Shown piece after piece: positions 9,434 through 20,400 of a stretch of 64,000 nucleotides of DNA. Source of the DNA: an uncultured virus (IMG/VR IMGVR_UViG_3300042292_001068) (taxonomy: Duplodnaviria; Heunggongvirae; Uroviricota; Caudoviricetes). How positions within the stretch are numbered: position 1 is the first letter of the stretch; the number at the start of each line of letters is the position of its first letter. A program made the position numbers and the translations under genes. A model generated the notes under the pieces. The model searched no databases, was not told the DNA's origin, and saw only the letters and a program-made list of their open reading frames with translations. The stretch lies in the IMG/VR virus record IMGVR_UViG_3300042292_001068; one strand, given 5' to 3'.

Positions 9434-9752
9434 ATTGGATAATCTTTGTGAATTTGTACTACAATCGGGTAGTGTATATGATTTTCACATAAGATTCAAC
9501 TTTCTATTATCTATGGCAGTAAATTGTTTTGAAGATGAAATATCAAAAATAAACCACTTGCCTTTCAATTCACATATTTTCATTGAAACCTTGAACAACA
9601 AAATCAATTCTATAATTACCAAAATAAACAGAAGTAAAATCTTTTATAATGATGGAGAATTAATGAGTGATATTTTTATTATTATACTCAAAGAAGATTT
9701 TCCCGAATACTACAAGAACTATTTATATCAAGTTGAATATAGAAATAATTGA
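9408..9752 (+). CDS. Hypothetical protein
   Basis: 114 aa ORF overlapping its neighbours. Confidence 0.55.
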   Translation: MKTKKIMTELDNLCEFVLQSGSVYDFHIRFNFLLSMAVNCFEDEISKINHLPFNSHIFIETLNNKINSIITKINRSKIFYNDGELMSDIFIIILKEDFPEYYKNYLYQVEYRNN

Positions 9753-9754
9753 AT

Positions 9755-10348
9755 ATGCAATCATCCGAATTACAACCCGATTGTTCTTCATTAAAAATAT
9801 GTCCTATACCATTCGGGCAAAAGGAGTTTAATTTTGATGAAATTGAACAAGAACCATTAAAAGAAAAAGAGCCATTAAAAGAACAAGAACCATTAAAAAG
9901 AACTGATAACAATTCTTCTTCATATATCGAAAGACAAACAAACATAAATGCAGGTGAAGAAATTTTTGAATCGTATATGAATGAAAAGAATTATGAATTT
10001 CAGCGTTTCGGATTTGATGAAAAGAATAATAATATAAAAGGATTTTTTTTAATGCACCCATTTTTAAGGTCTTTACCCGATTACATTTCTTATTTTGAAA
10101 GCAGGAAAAAACTTTACTATATCCAAGTTAAAGGAACAAATAAGTTAAAATTAGATGACCTACTTAACTATTCACATTTTGAATCAATGTTCTGCAATAA
10201 AGATTCTGAACTTGTAATATTTTTCTGTTTCAAAGATACAAAGCCATTTATTAAAACACTAACTGAAATAAAAAGAATGATTACAGGATGCGAGATAAAA
10301 GAGTGGCACGATAAAAAGCAATATTTTGAATTAAATCTAAATAAATAA
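9755..10348 (+). CDS. Putative PD-(D/E)xK-like nuclease
   Basis: GEEIFE...LPDYI...YIQVKG; 3x EQEPLK repeat near N-terminus. Confidence 0.5.
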   Translation: MQSSELQPDCSSLKICPIPFGQKEFNFDEIEQEPLKEKEPLKEQEPLKRTDNNSSSYIERQTNINAGEEIFESYMNEKNYEFQRFGFDEKNNNIKGFFLMHPFLRSLPDYISYFESRKKLYYIQVKGTNKLKLDDLLNYSHFESMFCNKDSELVIFFCFKDTKPFIKTLTEIKRMITGCEIKEWHDKKQYFELNLNK

Positions 10349-10367
10349 AAACCAATTTACCTAAATT

Positions 10368-10925
10368 ATGCAATCAGTTGAATTAGAACACGAAGGATTA
10401 GAGATTAAATTCTATGAAACCAAAACAGAACACGCAAAAGAATACGGATTAAAAGCATCTAAACCTATTTGGTTTAATCATCTATTAATTGATAGAAAAA
10501 AACGCAACAGGGGTAACGGCAAAGCATTATTAAAGATGGTTCAAGAATATGCAGAGAAGAATAATTGCGATTTAATTTTTGGTCATATTCCAAACGATGC
10601 TGAATTTACGAAAGATTCAAGAATATCTTTTTTCTCGGATATTGAAATGATTAAAAATTGGTTGTTCCGAAATGGTTATGCAATTAATTCCGATAATAAT
10701 GATTTTCATAAAGTCCTTAAAATACAAAAGCCATTGAGATTCTATGGTGGAATTGGGTTTTCTAATTGTTCTGAATTAGGTGTTTATGAAATAACAACTG
10801 AATTTGAAAAAAGAAAATTTACTAAATTGTCTGATGCGATAATGTTTTATGAAACAATTAAAGGTGAAAAGTCAATTTGGGATTTAGATAAAGATGAACT
10901 TGTTGATTCTTGGTATAGGATATAA
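10368..10925 (+). CDS. GNAT-family acetyltransferase
   Basis: Motif A KRNRGNGKALLK. Confidence 0.7.
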   Translation: MQSVELEHEGLEIKFYETKTEHAKEYGLKASKPIWFNHLLIDRKKRNRGNGKALLKMVQEYAEKNNCDLIFGHIPNDAEFTKDSRISFFSDIEMIKNWLFRNGYAINSDNNDFHKVLKIQKPLRFYGGIGFSNCSELGVYEITTEFEKRKFTKLSDAIMFYETIKGEKSIWDLDKDELVDSWYRI

Positions 10926-10929
10926 AAAA

Positions 10930-10951
10930 AAATCCCCAATTAAGGGGATTT
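10930..10951. terminator. Probable bidirectional intrinsic terminator
   Basis: AAATCCCC-AATTAA-GGGGATTT hairpin, A-run upstream, between convergent genes. Confidence 0.7.
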
Positions 10952-11000
10952 ATCAACGGAAACAAAATTTAGAAAAGAACGATTGAACAAAGCGTATTTC

Positions 11001-11933
11001 CTATCCGTTAATGTCTAACCATTCGTTAGTATTATTACTTGGTATTCTCACAGAATAATTTCCATCTGTTAAAATAATTTCTGCTTTATTTTGTTGTTGT
11101 GGATGTATATTTATTTGATGCTTGAATGTTTGAACATCACGCAAAATCATTTCGTTAATTTCTACAACTGAAAGAACTCTCCAATGTCCACGAATTGCAT
11201 TTAGATAAATATTTTTGTAAGTATCTAAATACGCATTTGAATTTTGATAACCACCATTTAAAACAGGGGTTGGTGGCGTTGCAAGTGGATTAAATGCAGG
11301 GTCGTTTTGTGGGGCATTTGCAACGGCTTTTGCTACTTCGTTTGCATTTGATGAATTAATTTCAAATGGTGCATTTGTATCTACTGATGTTGATACACTA
11401 TTTTCATTTGGTTTAGCAATAGTTGTTGGCATTTCTTTAATTGGTTGAACACCTGCACCTTTTACACCATTTAGAACTTGCTCTAAATTTTGTTCGGTAT
11501 GAATTTCTGACCACGCAACTCCGTAAGATTCACATTCCAATCGTAATTGTTCAAGTCGTGATAATTCTGCCACAGGAATTTCTTCAACGACAGGGATTTC
11601 TTCAACAACTTCTTTTGTGGATTCAACCTTTGCAATTACAGGTGATTTTGGTTTTACATCCTTTTTTACAGGTGCTTTTTTAGTAGTCGCTTTTTTAGTG
11701 GTTTCTTTTTTAACTTCTTCCACAGGTGCAACTTCTGAATCAGAATTGATTTTATCAACAACTTGTTTTTTTAATTCGTTGTCGCTTACAATCTTATCAT
11801 CCACACCAATCTTCTCTGCAATTTTTTCTACCAAATAACGAACAACGCTATTATCTTCATACTTAATTCCGAATTTAGTAGCAAGTTCCTGCCATTCGGT
11901 TTTCTTGATGTTTTTGTAATTATCCAATTTCAT
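11001..11933 (-). CDS. Hypothetical protein with two short helical (HeH/Rho-N-like) motifs and low-complexity linkers
   Basis: 310 aa; KKTEWQELATKFGI and LEQLRLECESYGV. Confidence 0.7.
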   Translation of the reverse strand: MKLDNYKNIKKTEWQELATKFGIKYEDNSVVRYLVEKIAEKIGVDDKIVSDNELKKQVVDKINSDSEVAPVEEVKKETTKKATTKKAPVKKDVKPKSPVIAKVESTKEVVEEIPVVEEIPVAELSRLEQLRLECESYGVAWSEIHTEQNLEQVLNGVKGAGVQPIKEMPTTIAKPNENSVSTSVDTNAPFEINSSNANEVAKAVANAPQNDPAFNPLATPPTPVLNGGYQNSNAYLDTYKNIYLNAIRGHWRVLSVVEINEMILRDVQTFKHQINIHPQQQNKAEIILTDGNYSVRIPSNNTNEWLDING

Positions 11934-11958
11934 ACTAAAAATTTTTGATTTAAGTTCT

Positions 11959-11975
11959 TATATTTGACAAATATA
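11959..11975. promoter_or_regulatory. Palindromic divergent promoter TATATTTG-A-CAAATATA
   Basis: Perfect inverted repeat giving TAnnTTTG on both strands between divergent genes. Confidence 0.6.
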
Positions 11976-12010
11976 ATTAAATTGTTTTTAAATAAAATAA
12001 TTCTTATCAA

Positions 12011-15000
12011 ATGAATTTATTATTAGCACCAAACGGAAAACCGAGCAAATTAACACCCGAACAATATGAATTAGTTCGTAAACCCGAATTTAAAGCGTGG
12101 TTTGGCGATTGGGAAAACAATCCCGAAAGTGCAAGTAAGGTAGTTGATTTTAACGGAGAACCTCTCGTAGTATATCACGGAACAACAAAAAAATTCAATG
12201 TATTTAATAGAGAATACGCCTATTATCAAAATTGGTATGGTTTAGGTTTTTATTTTACAGATAATATTGAAGATGTAAAAAGTAATTATACATCAAAAGG
12301 ATATGATTTGAAACAGAAAATAAAAGTATTATCAAAAATAAAAAATATTGATAAAAACAAAATTAAAAAAGATTTAATTGAAGATGATTATTTAATATCA
12401 GTTTTTTTAGATATAAAAAACCCAATAAATGTTTTTAATAAAATAGGAAAAGATAACTCTAAAAAGATTTTTGATATTGAGCCAATTTTGGAAAAAAAGT
12501 TTGGATATGATGTATATGGATTTTTAAGTTACATACAAAACAGAATAGGTGGGTACGAAGTGCCATTTGAAAAAAGTTTTTCAAAATATACTTATTGGGA
12601 ATTTGAAAATATATTAAGAAATTTAGCAATAAAAAAAGAAAACCAAAATATAACAGGAGAGGTAATTAGAGCAATATATGAGATTTTAGGGTTTGATGGT
12701 ATTATTATGAATCCATATCATATTTTTAATAATTTAGAAAAGGGAACTATGAATGTTGATGAAAAAACTAATCATTATATTTCATTTCAACCCAACCAAA
12801 TAAAACTTGCCGATGGTAGTAATACAACTTTTGATTCAAATAATAACGATATAAGATTTGATGAGGGGGGATTTGTTATGGATGAAGAAAAAGGCGAAAA
12901 GTTTATTAAGAAATTATCTGAATTAGGTTGTAATAAGCCATTAACTAATTTTCAAATGAATTTCTTTGGTTTTTTAGATTCATTAAAAGATGATTGTGTT
13001 TCATTAGGTGGTTTTTGGTATGATTCAAATACAACTAATTATGCTTATTCTCAAATGGGTAAAATGGTTTTATTTGATATAGAAGATTTTTATAATGAAA
13101 AAGAAAGAACTGCTTTTATTGAAGAAAATTATCCAACTTCAACGCCATTGGAAATTCAACCATTTGACGATGATAATTATGAATTTATAGGTATAGGCGA
13201 AGCAAGTATGGGTGGAGTTTTTCGTGATATAAGAGATGGCTCAATCCTTAAATTAACGGCAAGTCCTTTTGAGGTTGTAGGAACTACTAAAATACTTAAT
13301 GCACAAAAAAAAGATATTCAATATGAAGATAATTTTGCTGAAATATATAGTATTACAAATATAGGAAAAGGTGTATTTAAAGGAACTTGGTATTACAAAT
13401 ATTATAACGAAAGAGAATGGAGTGGAAATTGGTTCGCTATAAGGAGAGAAGATATTACACCATTTAATGAGCAAGAACAAAAAGAAGCAAATTGTGTAAA
13501 AGAAATAATTGTTAATTATTATTCAATGTTTGATAATAGAAATTATCAACCCGAAATATTTGGTAGTTATGACATTTATGAACCCAATAGAGAATTTCAA
13601 TATCTTTTAAGAAAACAAAATAACTACGGAGAAGGTGGAGATATAAATTGGAATTTAGAAAGATACAGAGAAGTTGAAAAAGAAATGTTTGAATTAAGAA
13701 AACAGGGAAAAGGCGATACGCTTGAATACTTTAAATTAATTAAAGAAAGAGCAATTTTAGAACAAGCCAAAATGAATCAAAATAACAATACTGAAAATAA
13801 TTTTGCCAAAGGGGGAAAAGTTATTGTTCAACCTGCTGATATTCAGAAATACAAAAAGATTGGTGTTGAAGATAAATACTTTATTGAAGCATCCAAAGAT
13901 GTAGGATTACAGGGAATTAATTTTGATTCTAAAAGCATATTAAAAAGAATTGAATCTCAATTCAATGATATGTTGGAAAATTATGAGAGTTATTTAATTA
14001 ACGAAGATTCTCCATCTATTACTAATTATATCAATAACGAAATAGAAACTCACAAAGAGCAAGGTAGTTCATTAGAAACGATTCAGCGTTTAGAACAAAC
14101 GAAAGACAATGAATCTGCCCGAAGAAGTATTATAGATGATATTGCCAAAACACAAAATGAAAGTTTGGAAAAATGGGTTGATTATTTGCGATTAAGCGAA
14201 TATAAATTGCCGTTTAAATTTTTGATTCTAAAAGCAGTATTGAATTTTAATTACGACCTAAAACAAAGTAAATTATTTGAAAGAGGTAGAGATACCATTC
14301 GTAATTTCACGCCATTTGATGCAGGTTCATTGGCAGAATTAAATGAAAAGAATAGCGATTTCTTATTAATGGATTATAATGTCATAATGAATGAAAATTC
14401 AAGTAAGATATTAAATAGCCAAGAAGTAGTTGAGCAAAGTGGAAATGGAAAGTGGATTAAATTTAATGGTGGCAGTAAAACAAAACCCGAAGATATTGAG
14501 AAGAACGGAAATCGTTTAATGAATTTGGTTCAAAATACTTATTGGTGTACCAAGTCAGCAGGAACAAGTCAATTAAGAGGTGGTGATTTTTATGTTTATG
14601 TAACGGAAGCAAATGGTGAGATATTCCCAAGAATTGCCGTTAGAATGGATGAAGATAAAGTAGGTGAGGTTCGTGGTAATAAAAGTTCAGCACAAGATTT
14701 AGATGCTGAAATGCTTCCTATTGCAGAAGAATTTCTAAATAAAAACATTCCTAACAATAGTGGTAAAAAATGGTTGGATTCAATTAAATACAATAAGAAA
14801 TGTGTTGAAATGAGAAAACGATTTGAAGCAGAAGGAATGTATAAAGATTTCATATATGATTATATGAAACTTATTGCTGATAAAGATAAATACAAAGTTG
14901 ATTATGGTGCTAATGGTAATGTAACTTTGTTAGAACAGAAATTTGAAGAAATAATTAATATTCCAAATGAGTATTATCAAAAAGGTGATATTGTAACTAA

Positions 15001-16120
15001 TTACAAATTGTTATCTAAAAATACAATTTATTTTATAGGTGATTTAGGTAATTACGAATTGGAATATACTAAATCGCATATTGATAGCGTAAGTGATTTA
15101 AGAGATTTATCAAATTGGAAATTAAAATTAATTAGTGGTTCTTTTCAAACGGATGCTAATATGAATAATTTGGGGAACATAGAATATGTCGGAACTAATC
15201 TTTACATTAACAATAACAATAGATATATTAAAGATTTAGGAAAGTTAAAATATGTTGGTGGTCAGATACATCTAAACGATAATATCGAATCACTATCTAA
15301 TTTGGAAAATATAGGTGGTGGTTTTGAGGTTAAAAAAGGTTTAAAGGATTTGGGTAAATTAAAAAAAGTAGGTTTCTTAATGATTTGGGATTGTGATGAA
15401 AATTTTACATTCGGCTCACTTGAAGAAATTGAAGGGGATTTATACATTAATACTACATCTGTTGATATTAATTTCGGTAATCTAAAAACTATTGGTGGCA
15501 ACCTTTTTGCAGGAAAATCTATGGTAACTAATTTGAAAGAACTTGAATCCGTTGGTGGAGATTTTAATATTGCAGGTTCTAAAATAAAGAAATTTGAAAA
15601 TTTGAAAACTATTGGTGGCAACGCTGATTTTTCAAATAACTTCTGTTCAAGCACACAAAACATTGAAACTATTTTAGGAAATATTAAATTTTTGAATAGC
15701 CGAATTATGGAGTTTCCGAAATTAAATAAGATTGGTGGTACAATAGAATTTAGGGGTTCATATTTTAAATCATTTGGTAATATAAAATATATCGGTGGTA
15801 GTTTGAATTTTGCTGAAAGTAAATTAGAAGAATTAGGTGAATTAGATTATGTTGGTGGATATGTTTCGTTTAAAGGAAGTAAAATTAAATCTTTGAATAA
15901 ACTTAAAAAAGTTGTTGGATTTGCCAATTTCGATGGAAGCATAGTTGAAGATTTAGGAGATTTAGAAAGTGTAGGTGGAAACCTTTATGTACTTAATTCT
16001 AAAATTAAATCACTTGGTAAAATAAATTATGTAGGTGGAACAATAATGATGAATAAGGGTATGAATATCCGTGTTTTAGATGGGTCTTTTGATAAAGTAT
16101 CTGCACTATTAAATAAATAA
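12011..16120 (+). CDS. Polyvalent protein 1: ART-PolyVal-like, kinase-N-lobe-like, WCT-motif domain, LRR-like repeats
   Basis: FKAWFGD..SKVVD.NGEPLVVYHGT..GFYFT..PNQIK; YWCT..GGDFYVY..PRIAVRM..EVRG; C-terminal LxxIGG repeats; 3 xxxGG junctions. Confidence 0.8.
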   Translation: MNLLLAPNGKPSKLTPEQYELVRKPEFKAWFGDWENNPESASKVVDFNGEPLVVYHGTTKKFNVFNREYAYYQNWYGLGFYFTDNIEDVKSNYTSKGYDLKQKIKVLSKIKNIDKNKIKKDLIEDDYLISVFLDIKNPINVFNKIGKDNSKKIFDIEPILEKKFGYDVYGFLSYIQNRIGGYEVPFEKSFSKYTYWEFENILRNLAIKKENQNITGEVIRAIYEILGFDGIIMNPYHIFNNLEKGTMNVDEKTNHYISFQPNQIKLADGSNTTFDSNNNDIRFDEGGFVMDEEKGEKFIKKLSELGCNKPLTNFQMNFFGFLDSLKDDCVSLGGFWYDSNTTNYAYSQMGKMVLFDIEDFYNEKERTAFIEENYPTSTPLEIQPFDDDNYEFIGIGEASMGGVFRDIRDGSILKLTASPFEVVGTTKILNAQKKDIQYEDNFAEIYSITNIGKGVFKGTWYYKYYNEREWSGNWFAIRREDITPFNEQEQKEANCVKEIIVNYYSMFDNRNYQPEIFGSYDIYEPNREFQYLLRKQNNYGEGGDINWNLERYREVEKEMFELRKQGKGDTLEYFKLIKERAILEQAKMNQNNNTENNFAKGGKVIVQPADIQKYKKIGVEDKYFIEASKDVGLQGINFDSKSILKRIESQFNDMLENYESYLINEDSPSITNYINNEIETHKEQGSSLETIQRLEQTKDNESARRSIIDDIAKTQNESLEKWVDYLRLSEYKLPFKFLILKAVLNFNYDLKQSKLFERGRDTIRNFTPFDAGSLAELNEKNSDFLLMDYNVIMNENSSKILNSQEVVEQSGNGKWIKFNGGSKTKPEDIEKNGNRLMNLVQNTYWCTKSAGTSQLRGGDFYVYVTEANGEIFPRIAVRMDEDKVGEVRGNKSSAQDLDAEMLPIAEEFLNKNIPNNSGKKWLDSIKYNKKCVEMRKRFEAEGMYKDFIYDYMKLIADKDKYKVDYGANGNVTLLEQKFEEIINIPNEYYQKGDIVTNYKLLSKNTIYFIGDLGNYELEYTKSHIDSVSDLRDLSNWKLKLISGSFQTDANMNNLGNIEYVGTNLYINNNNRYIKDLGKLKYVGGQIHLNDNIESLSNLENIGGGFEVKKGLKDLGKLKKVGFLMIWDCDENFTFGSLEEIEGDLYINTTSVDINFGNLKTIGGNLFAGKSMVTNLKELESVGGDFNIAGSKIKKFENLKTIGGNADFSNNFCSSTQNIETILGNIKFLNSRIMEFPKLNKIGGTIEFRGSYFKSFGNIKYIGGSLNFAESKLEELGELDYVGGYVSFKGSKIKSLNKLKKVVGFANFDGSIVEDLGDLESVGGNLYVLNSKIKSLGKINYVGGTIMMNKGMNIRVLDGSFDKVSALLNK

Positions 16121-16121
16121 T

Positions 16122-16715
16122 ATGAATAGAACTCAAAAAATAATCTTGTTCAGTATAGTTGGTTTAGTTGTATTTGGACTTACAACGGCATTTGTTATTA
16201 GGCATAAAAGAAAAAGTGGTAAATCAAGGAATCGAAATACTGATGAAACAAAGAACTACATAATAGGTGATAGTCAGACACCATTCATTGATAAGAACTC
16301 GGAAAAAGCCAAAAGAATAAATGAAAAAGGTGGAAAGGAAAGTTTATGGGAAGGTGGTAAAAGTTTATCTTGGTTAAAAACTGCCGTTGATGATTATCCT
16401 GTTTCAAAAGATGTAAATTCAATTATAATTAATATCGGAACTAATGGTGGATTTAATTCAAAAGAAGATGTTGATGGATTAGTTAGTAGTGTAAAAGAAA
16501 AATTCCCTAACGCTTTATTATTTGTTGTAAAAGGTTCTTGGGGTTGGGGTGGAAATAAAGATGTAACTGAATCAAAAGTAAATACATATTACGATAAATT
16601 CAAAGATTTAGGAGTTGAGATAATTGAACCTGCAATCGGTAAAGTAAAAGACCCACATTCAAATCTTCCAATTTACGCTAAAATAGGTGCTAACATAGAT
16701 GAAAAATTAAAATGA
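16122..16715 (+). CDS. Membrane-anchored SGNH/GDSL hydrolase
   Basis: N-terminal TM; IIGDSQ, IGTNG, DPH. Confidence 0.7.
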   Translation: MNRTQKIILFSIVGLVVFGLTTAFVIRHKRKSGKSRNRNTDETKNYIIGDSQTPFIDKNSEKAKRINEKGGKESLWEGGKSLSWLKTAVDDYPVSKDVNSIIINIGTNGGFNSKEDVDGLVSSVKEKFPNALLFVVKGSWGWGGNKDVTESKVNTYYDKFKDLGVEIIEPAIGKVKDPHSNLPIYAKIGANIDEKLK

Positions 16716-16716
16716 A

Positions 16717-17436
16717 ATGAATAGAACTCAAAAAATAATTTTATTCAGCATAATTGGTGTCGTTGTAGCAGGACTAACAACGGCAATTATTGTTCGTGTT
16801 GTTCGTAAAAGAAAATCGGGTAATACAAATATCAAAAACAAAAACCCAAAACAAATATTAATTATTGGAGATAGTCAAAGTGCTATTGAAAATGCAAGTG
16901 GTGGAAAGATAACATACACTTATCCGAATTTATTGAGAAAGCAATTAGCAGATAAAGGAGTAACGATTGATGTATTAGCGATTGGTGGAAAAACAACTGA
17001 TTGGATGAAAAAAAATCTTCCATCTAAATTGAATAATAAAAAATACGACAGGGTAATTATTTATGGTGGTGGAAATGATACTTCAAATGCAAGTATTAAA
17101 TTGGAAACCACATTAAATAATATTCAACAAATGGTAGATATGGCAAGGGAGAATGGTGCTGATGCTTTTGTTAATTTAGGATATAAGGTTCAAGGTGATT
17201 TTGGTAATTACAAAATAATGCCACTTACACCTTATTTAGATAAAAAAGAAGATTGGATTCCGTATGTAGAAAAAAGAAAAGAATTGCAGAAATTAATTCC
17301 ACAGAAAATTAAAAATGCGACCTTTATTCCTTCATACGATTTACAAAGTAAAACAACCGATGGTATTCATCCGACTTCTTCGGGGCATAAAATTGTCGCA
17401 GAAAAGGTTTACGATAGCATAGTCAAAAAATACTAA
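16717..17436 (+). CDS. Membrane-anchored SGNH/GDSL hydrolase
   Basis: N-terminal TM; IIGDSQS, GGGND, DGIHPT..GH. Confidence 0.85.
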   Translation: MNRTQKIILFSIIGVVVAGLTTAIIVRVVRKRKSGNTNIKNKNPKQILIIGDSQSAIENASGGKITYTYPNLLRKQLADKGVTIDVLAIGGKTTDWMKKNLPSKLNNKKYDRVIIYGGGNDTSNASIKLETTLNNIQQMVDMARENGADAFVNLGYKVQGDFGNYKIMPLTPYLDKKEDWIPYVEKRKELQKLIPQKIKNATFIPSYDLQSKTTDGIHPTSSGHKIVAEKVYDSIVKKY

Positions 17437-17442
17437 TTGAGA

Positions 17443-20400
17443 ATGGCAAAATTATTAGCACCGAATGGAAAGCCGAGCAATTTATCGCCCGAACAATATG
17501 AATTAGTTCGCCTACCCGAATTTAAGGCGTGGTTTGGTGATTGGGAAAATTTAATTCTAACCAAAATAAATGATTCGGGAATTGATGAAATTTCTTTGAA
17601 GCGATTAGAAGATGGTGTAAGTAAAGTAGTGGATGAAAACGGAGAGCCGTTACCTGTATATCACGGAAGTAAAAATATATTTAATCAATTTGATAAAATA
17701 AAAATAGGATTTAATACAGATAACGCATTAAGAGGTTTTTATTTTACGGATAATAGTTCAGTTGCATATTCATATACTTACGATGAAATGGAAGATGAAT
17801 ATAGTGGTAATGTAATTGAAGTTTTTTTATATGCTAATAAAATAAAAATAATAGACGCTGAAAATAAAAATTGGCTTGAATTTTCGGAAACTTCTTATAT
17901 TGATACACAAATAAAAAAAGAATTTGAAAATGGATATGATTGTATAATTGTTAAAAACATATCAGACCCTTTTATTGATATGGAAAATGGTACGGATTAT
18001 TATGGAAATAATTTTGTTGTTGATAATCCAAACCAAATAAAACTCGCAGATGGAACTAATACAACATTCGATGCAGGTAATCCCGATATTCGTTTTGAAG
18101 ATGGTGGTGCTATAAATAAATCTAATGATTTTATAGGCACTTGGGAAGAATTAAAAAAATACAATCCTAATTTATGGGAAACAGGAATTTTGAGAAGAAG
18201 TCAAAATCCACAGGGGGCAACTGATATAATTCCAAAAGATGTTTTTATTAGGCAATTTCAATGGCAAAATTATGGTCAATATGATGAAATAGAAGCAGAA
18301 ACTATTTATGGTGAACCCGATAATTATGGATATTACAATGATACTGATGGAAATCCTATTACTGATGAAAGAACAGGAAACTACTTAAAGGATGAATTTG
18401 ATTATGAAAATAATGCAGAAAGAATAAAGGCAACAATTTCTAATAAACAATTAAAAAATAACCTAATTGATTCTTTCCAAACACAAGAAGGAAAAGAATA
18501 TCTTAAAAAAGTCATAGCAACTCTGCCTAAAAACGAAGATGGTACAATAACTGCATATCGTATTGGAACTATTGGCGAAGATTTACAAAGTTATACATTA
18601 AGTGAAGGAATGGCTAAAACATTTTCTAATCAAGGAACTGATATTATGCCATCGGGTTTGCCATCTATTCCAAATGAAGGATATAAAGATTATGGTGTTT
18701 TACCTGTAAATAAAGTCAAAATAAATCCCAAAGGAATTGTTGCTTGGTCGCCATACGATTCGGAGATACTTGTTGAACTGAAATATATAAAAACTGATAA
18801 TTCAAAAAATTCTTATGCTGATGGTGGGGGTGTAACAGATTCCTATAAAATTGAATTTATTGATGATAGGGTTTTAATTAATCGAAACGATTTTGGTTTA
18901 TTAGAATTTTCAATAAAAGAAAATGAATTAGAAATTCGTAGATTGTATTTGAATAAAGAAAATCAAAGAGTTGGTATTGGTAGAAAAATTATTGGAGAAT
19001 TATTTAATCAAAATCCCGATGTAAATAAAATAATTGTTTATCCACTTGGAAGTAGCATACCATTTTGGCTTCGATTTACAGAAAAAGTTAGAGAAGATGA
19101 TTATTTTGAAATCACAAAAGATTCATTAAAAAAAGGAAACGAAAATTATCCATTAAAAAATAACAATCGTAATGATAAATTTAATGATGGTGGTGAAACT
19201 CAAATCAATGAAGAAGCACAACAATACATTGATATAATTTCAATGAATCCCAAGTTAGATAAATATCAAAAATATAAAGTCATATTAAAAGATAAATTCG
19301 GGATTGATTTTGATTCGATTTACAAAGACCAAGAATATATTGATAACGCAAATCTAAATGACATAAAAAAACAGGATGATTTTCTTGATTTTGATAATTG
19401 GTTGAATTACGCAAAAATTATAAGCAAGAAAAGAGGTTTTATACCAATGGATTCCTATTTAACCCCAAGTGATAAATATAAACTCACAGATGAAATATGG
19501 AATGAAACTTCAAAGAACCTTGATTTTATTATTAAAAAAATTCCATACACAGAAAGAGGAACAGGTAGTGGCGATATAGCGAGAGCATTTGGAGATACAA
19601 TATACTATACAGACTACGCAGATTTTTATTATTTTCTACACGAATTAGGACATATTTATAATTTTCAGAATAATATAGAAGGCATAATTAAAAACCCTGC
19701 CTATTCACCAACAAATTATGGAACGACAAATGGTGGAGAAACATTTGCAGAAAATTTTGCTATATATTTTATAAATCCGATGGCTTTAAAAAATTGGAAT
19801 GAAGATGTGTATAACGCTATGGATTCTGAAATAAATGAAAAATATAAAAACGAAATAAATAGAATTATGCCTAAAAACAAAGATATAACATTTGAAAATG
19901 GTGGCGATGTTATCATTAATCCTACTGAAATTGAGTGTCATACTTGTCATTGGAAATGGAAGGTAAAAGATGGTGGCGATGATTTATTTATTTGTCATAA
20001 GTGTTATACTGATAATACAAAATATTATAAGTTTGAGGGTTTAGAAGGAGAAAAAATACTTGATACTATTTCTTACGCAAAAGGTGGTCGAACAATAGCA
20101 CAAGCACCTGCACCGAAAAAAGACCAAATAAAAGGTAGCGATAAAAATAAAGAAGGTTCTTCAAAAGATTTGAAAAGTGCTAAAAAAATTGAATTAAGCG
20201 ATAGCACGATTGAAGCAATTAAAAATAAGGTTGATAAGCACAACGAAAAATATCCTAAAAAGAAAATCACTATTGATTCTGCAAAAGCCGTTGTAAGACG
20301 AGGAATGGGTGCTTATTCTACTTCTTATAGACCAACAATAAGTGGTGGTAAGCCAAATAGTCGTGTTGCTTGGGGATTAGCACGATTAAATGCCTTTTTA

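Noticed and set aside
11617..11838. Hydrophobic + strand ORF resembling a membrane peptide
   Set aside because: It is the antisense reading of the Lys/Glu-rich 11001..11933 gene
15100..16090. IGG/VGG repeats counted as polyprotein junctions
   Set aside because: They are the periodic consensus of a ~22-aa solenoid repeat, so they were excluded from the motif count
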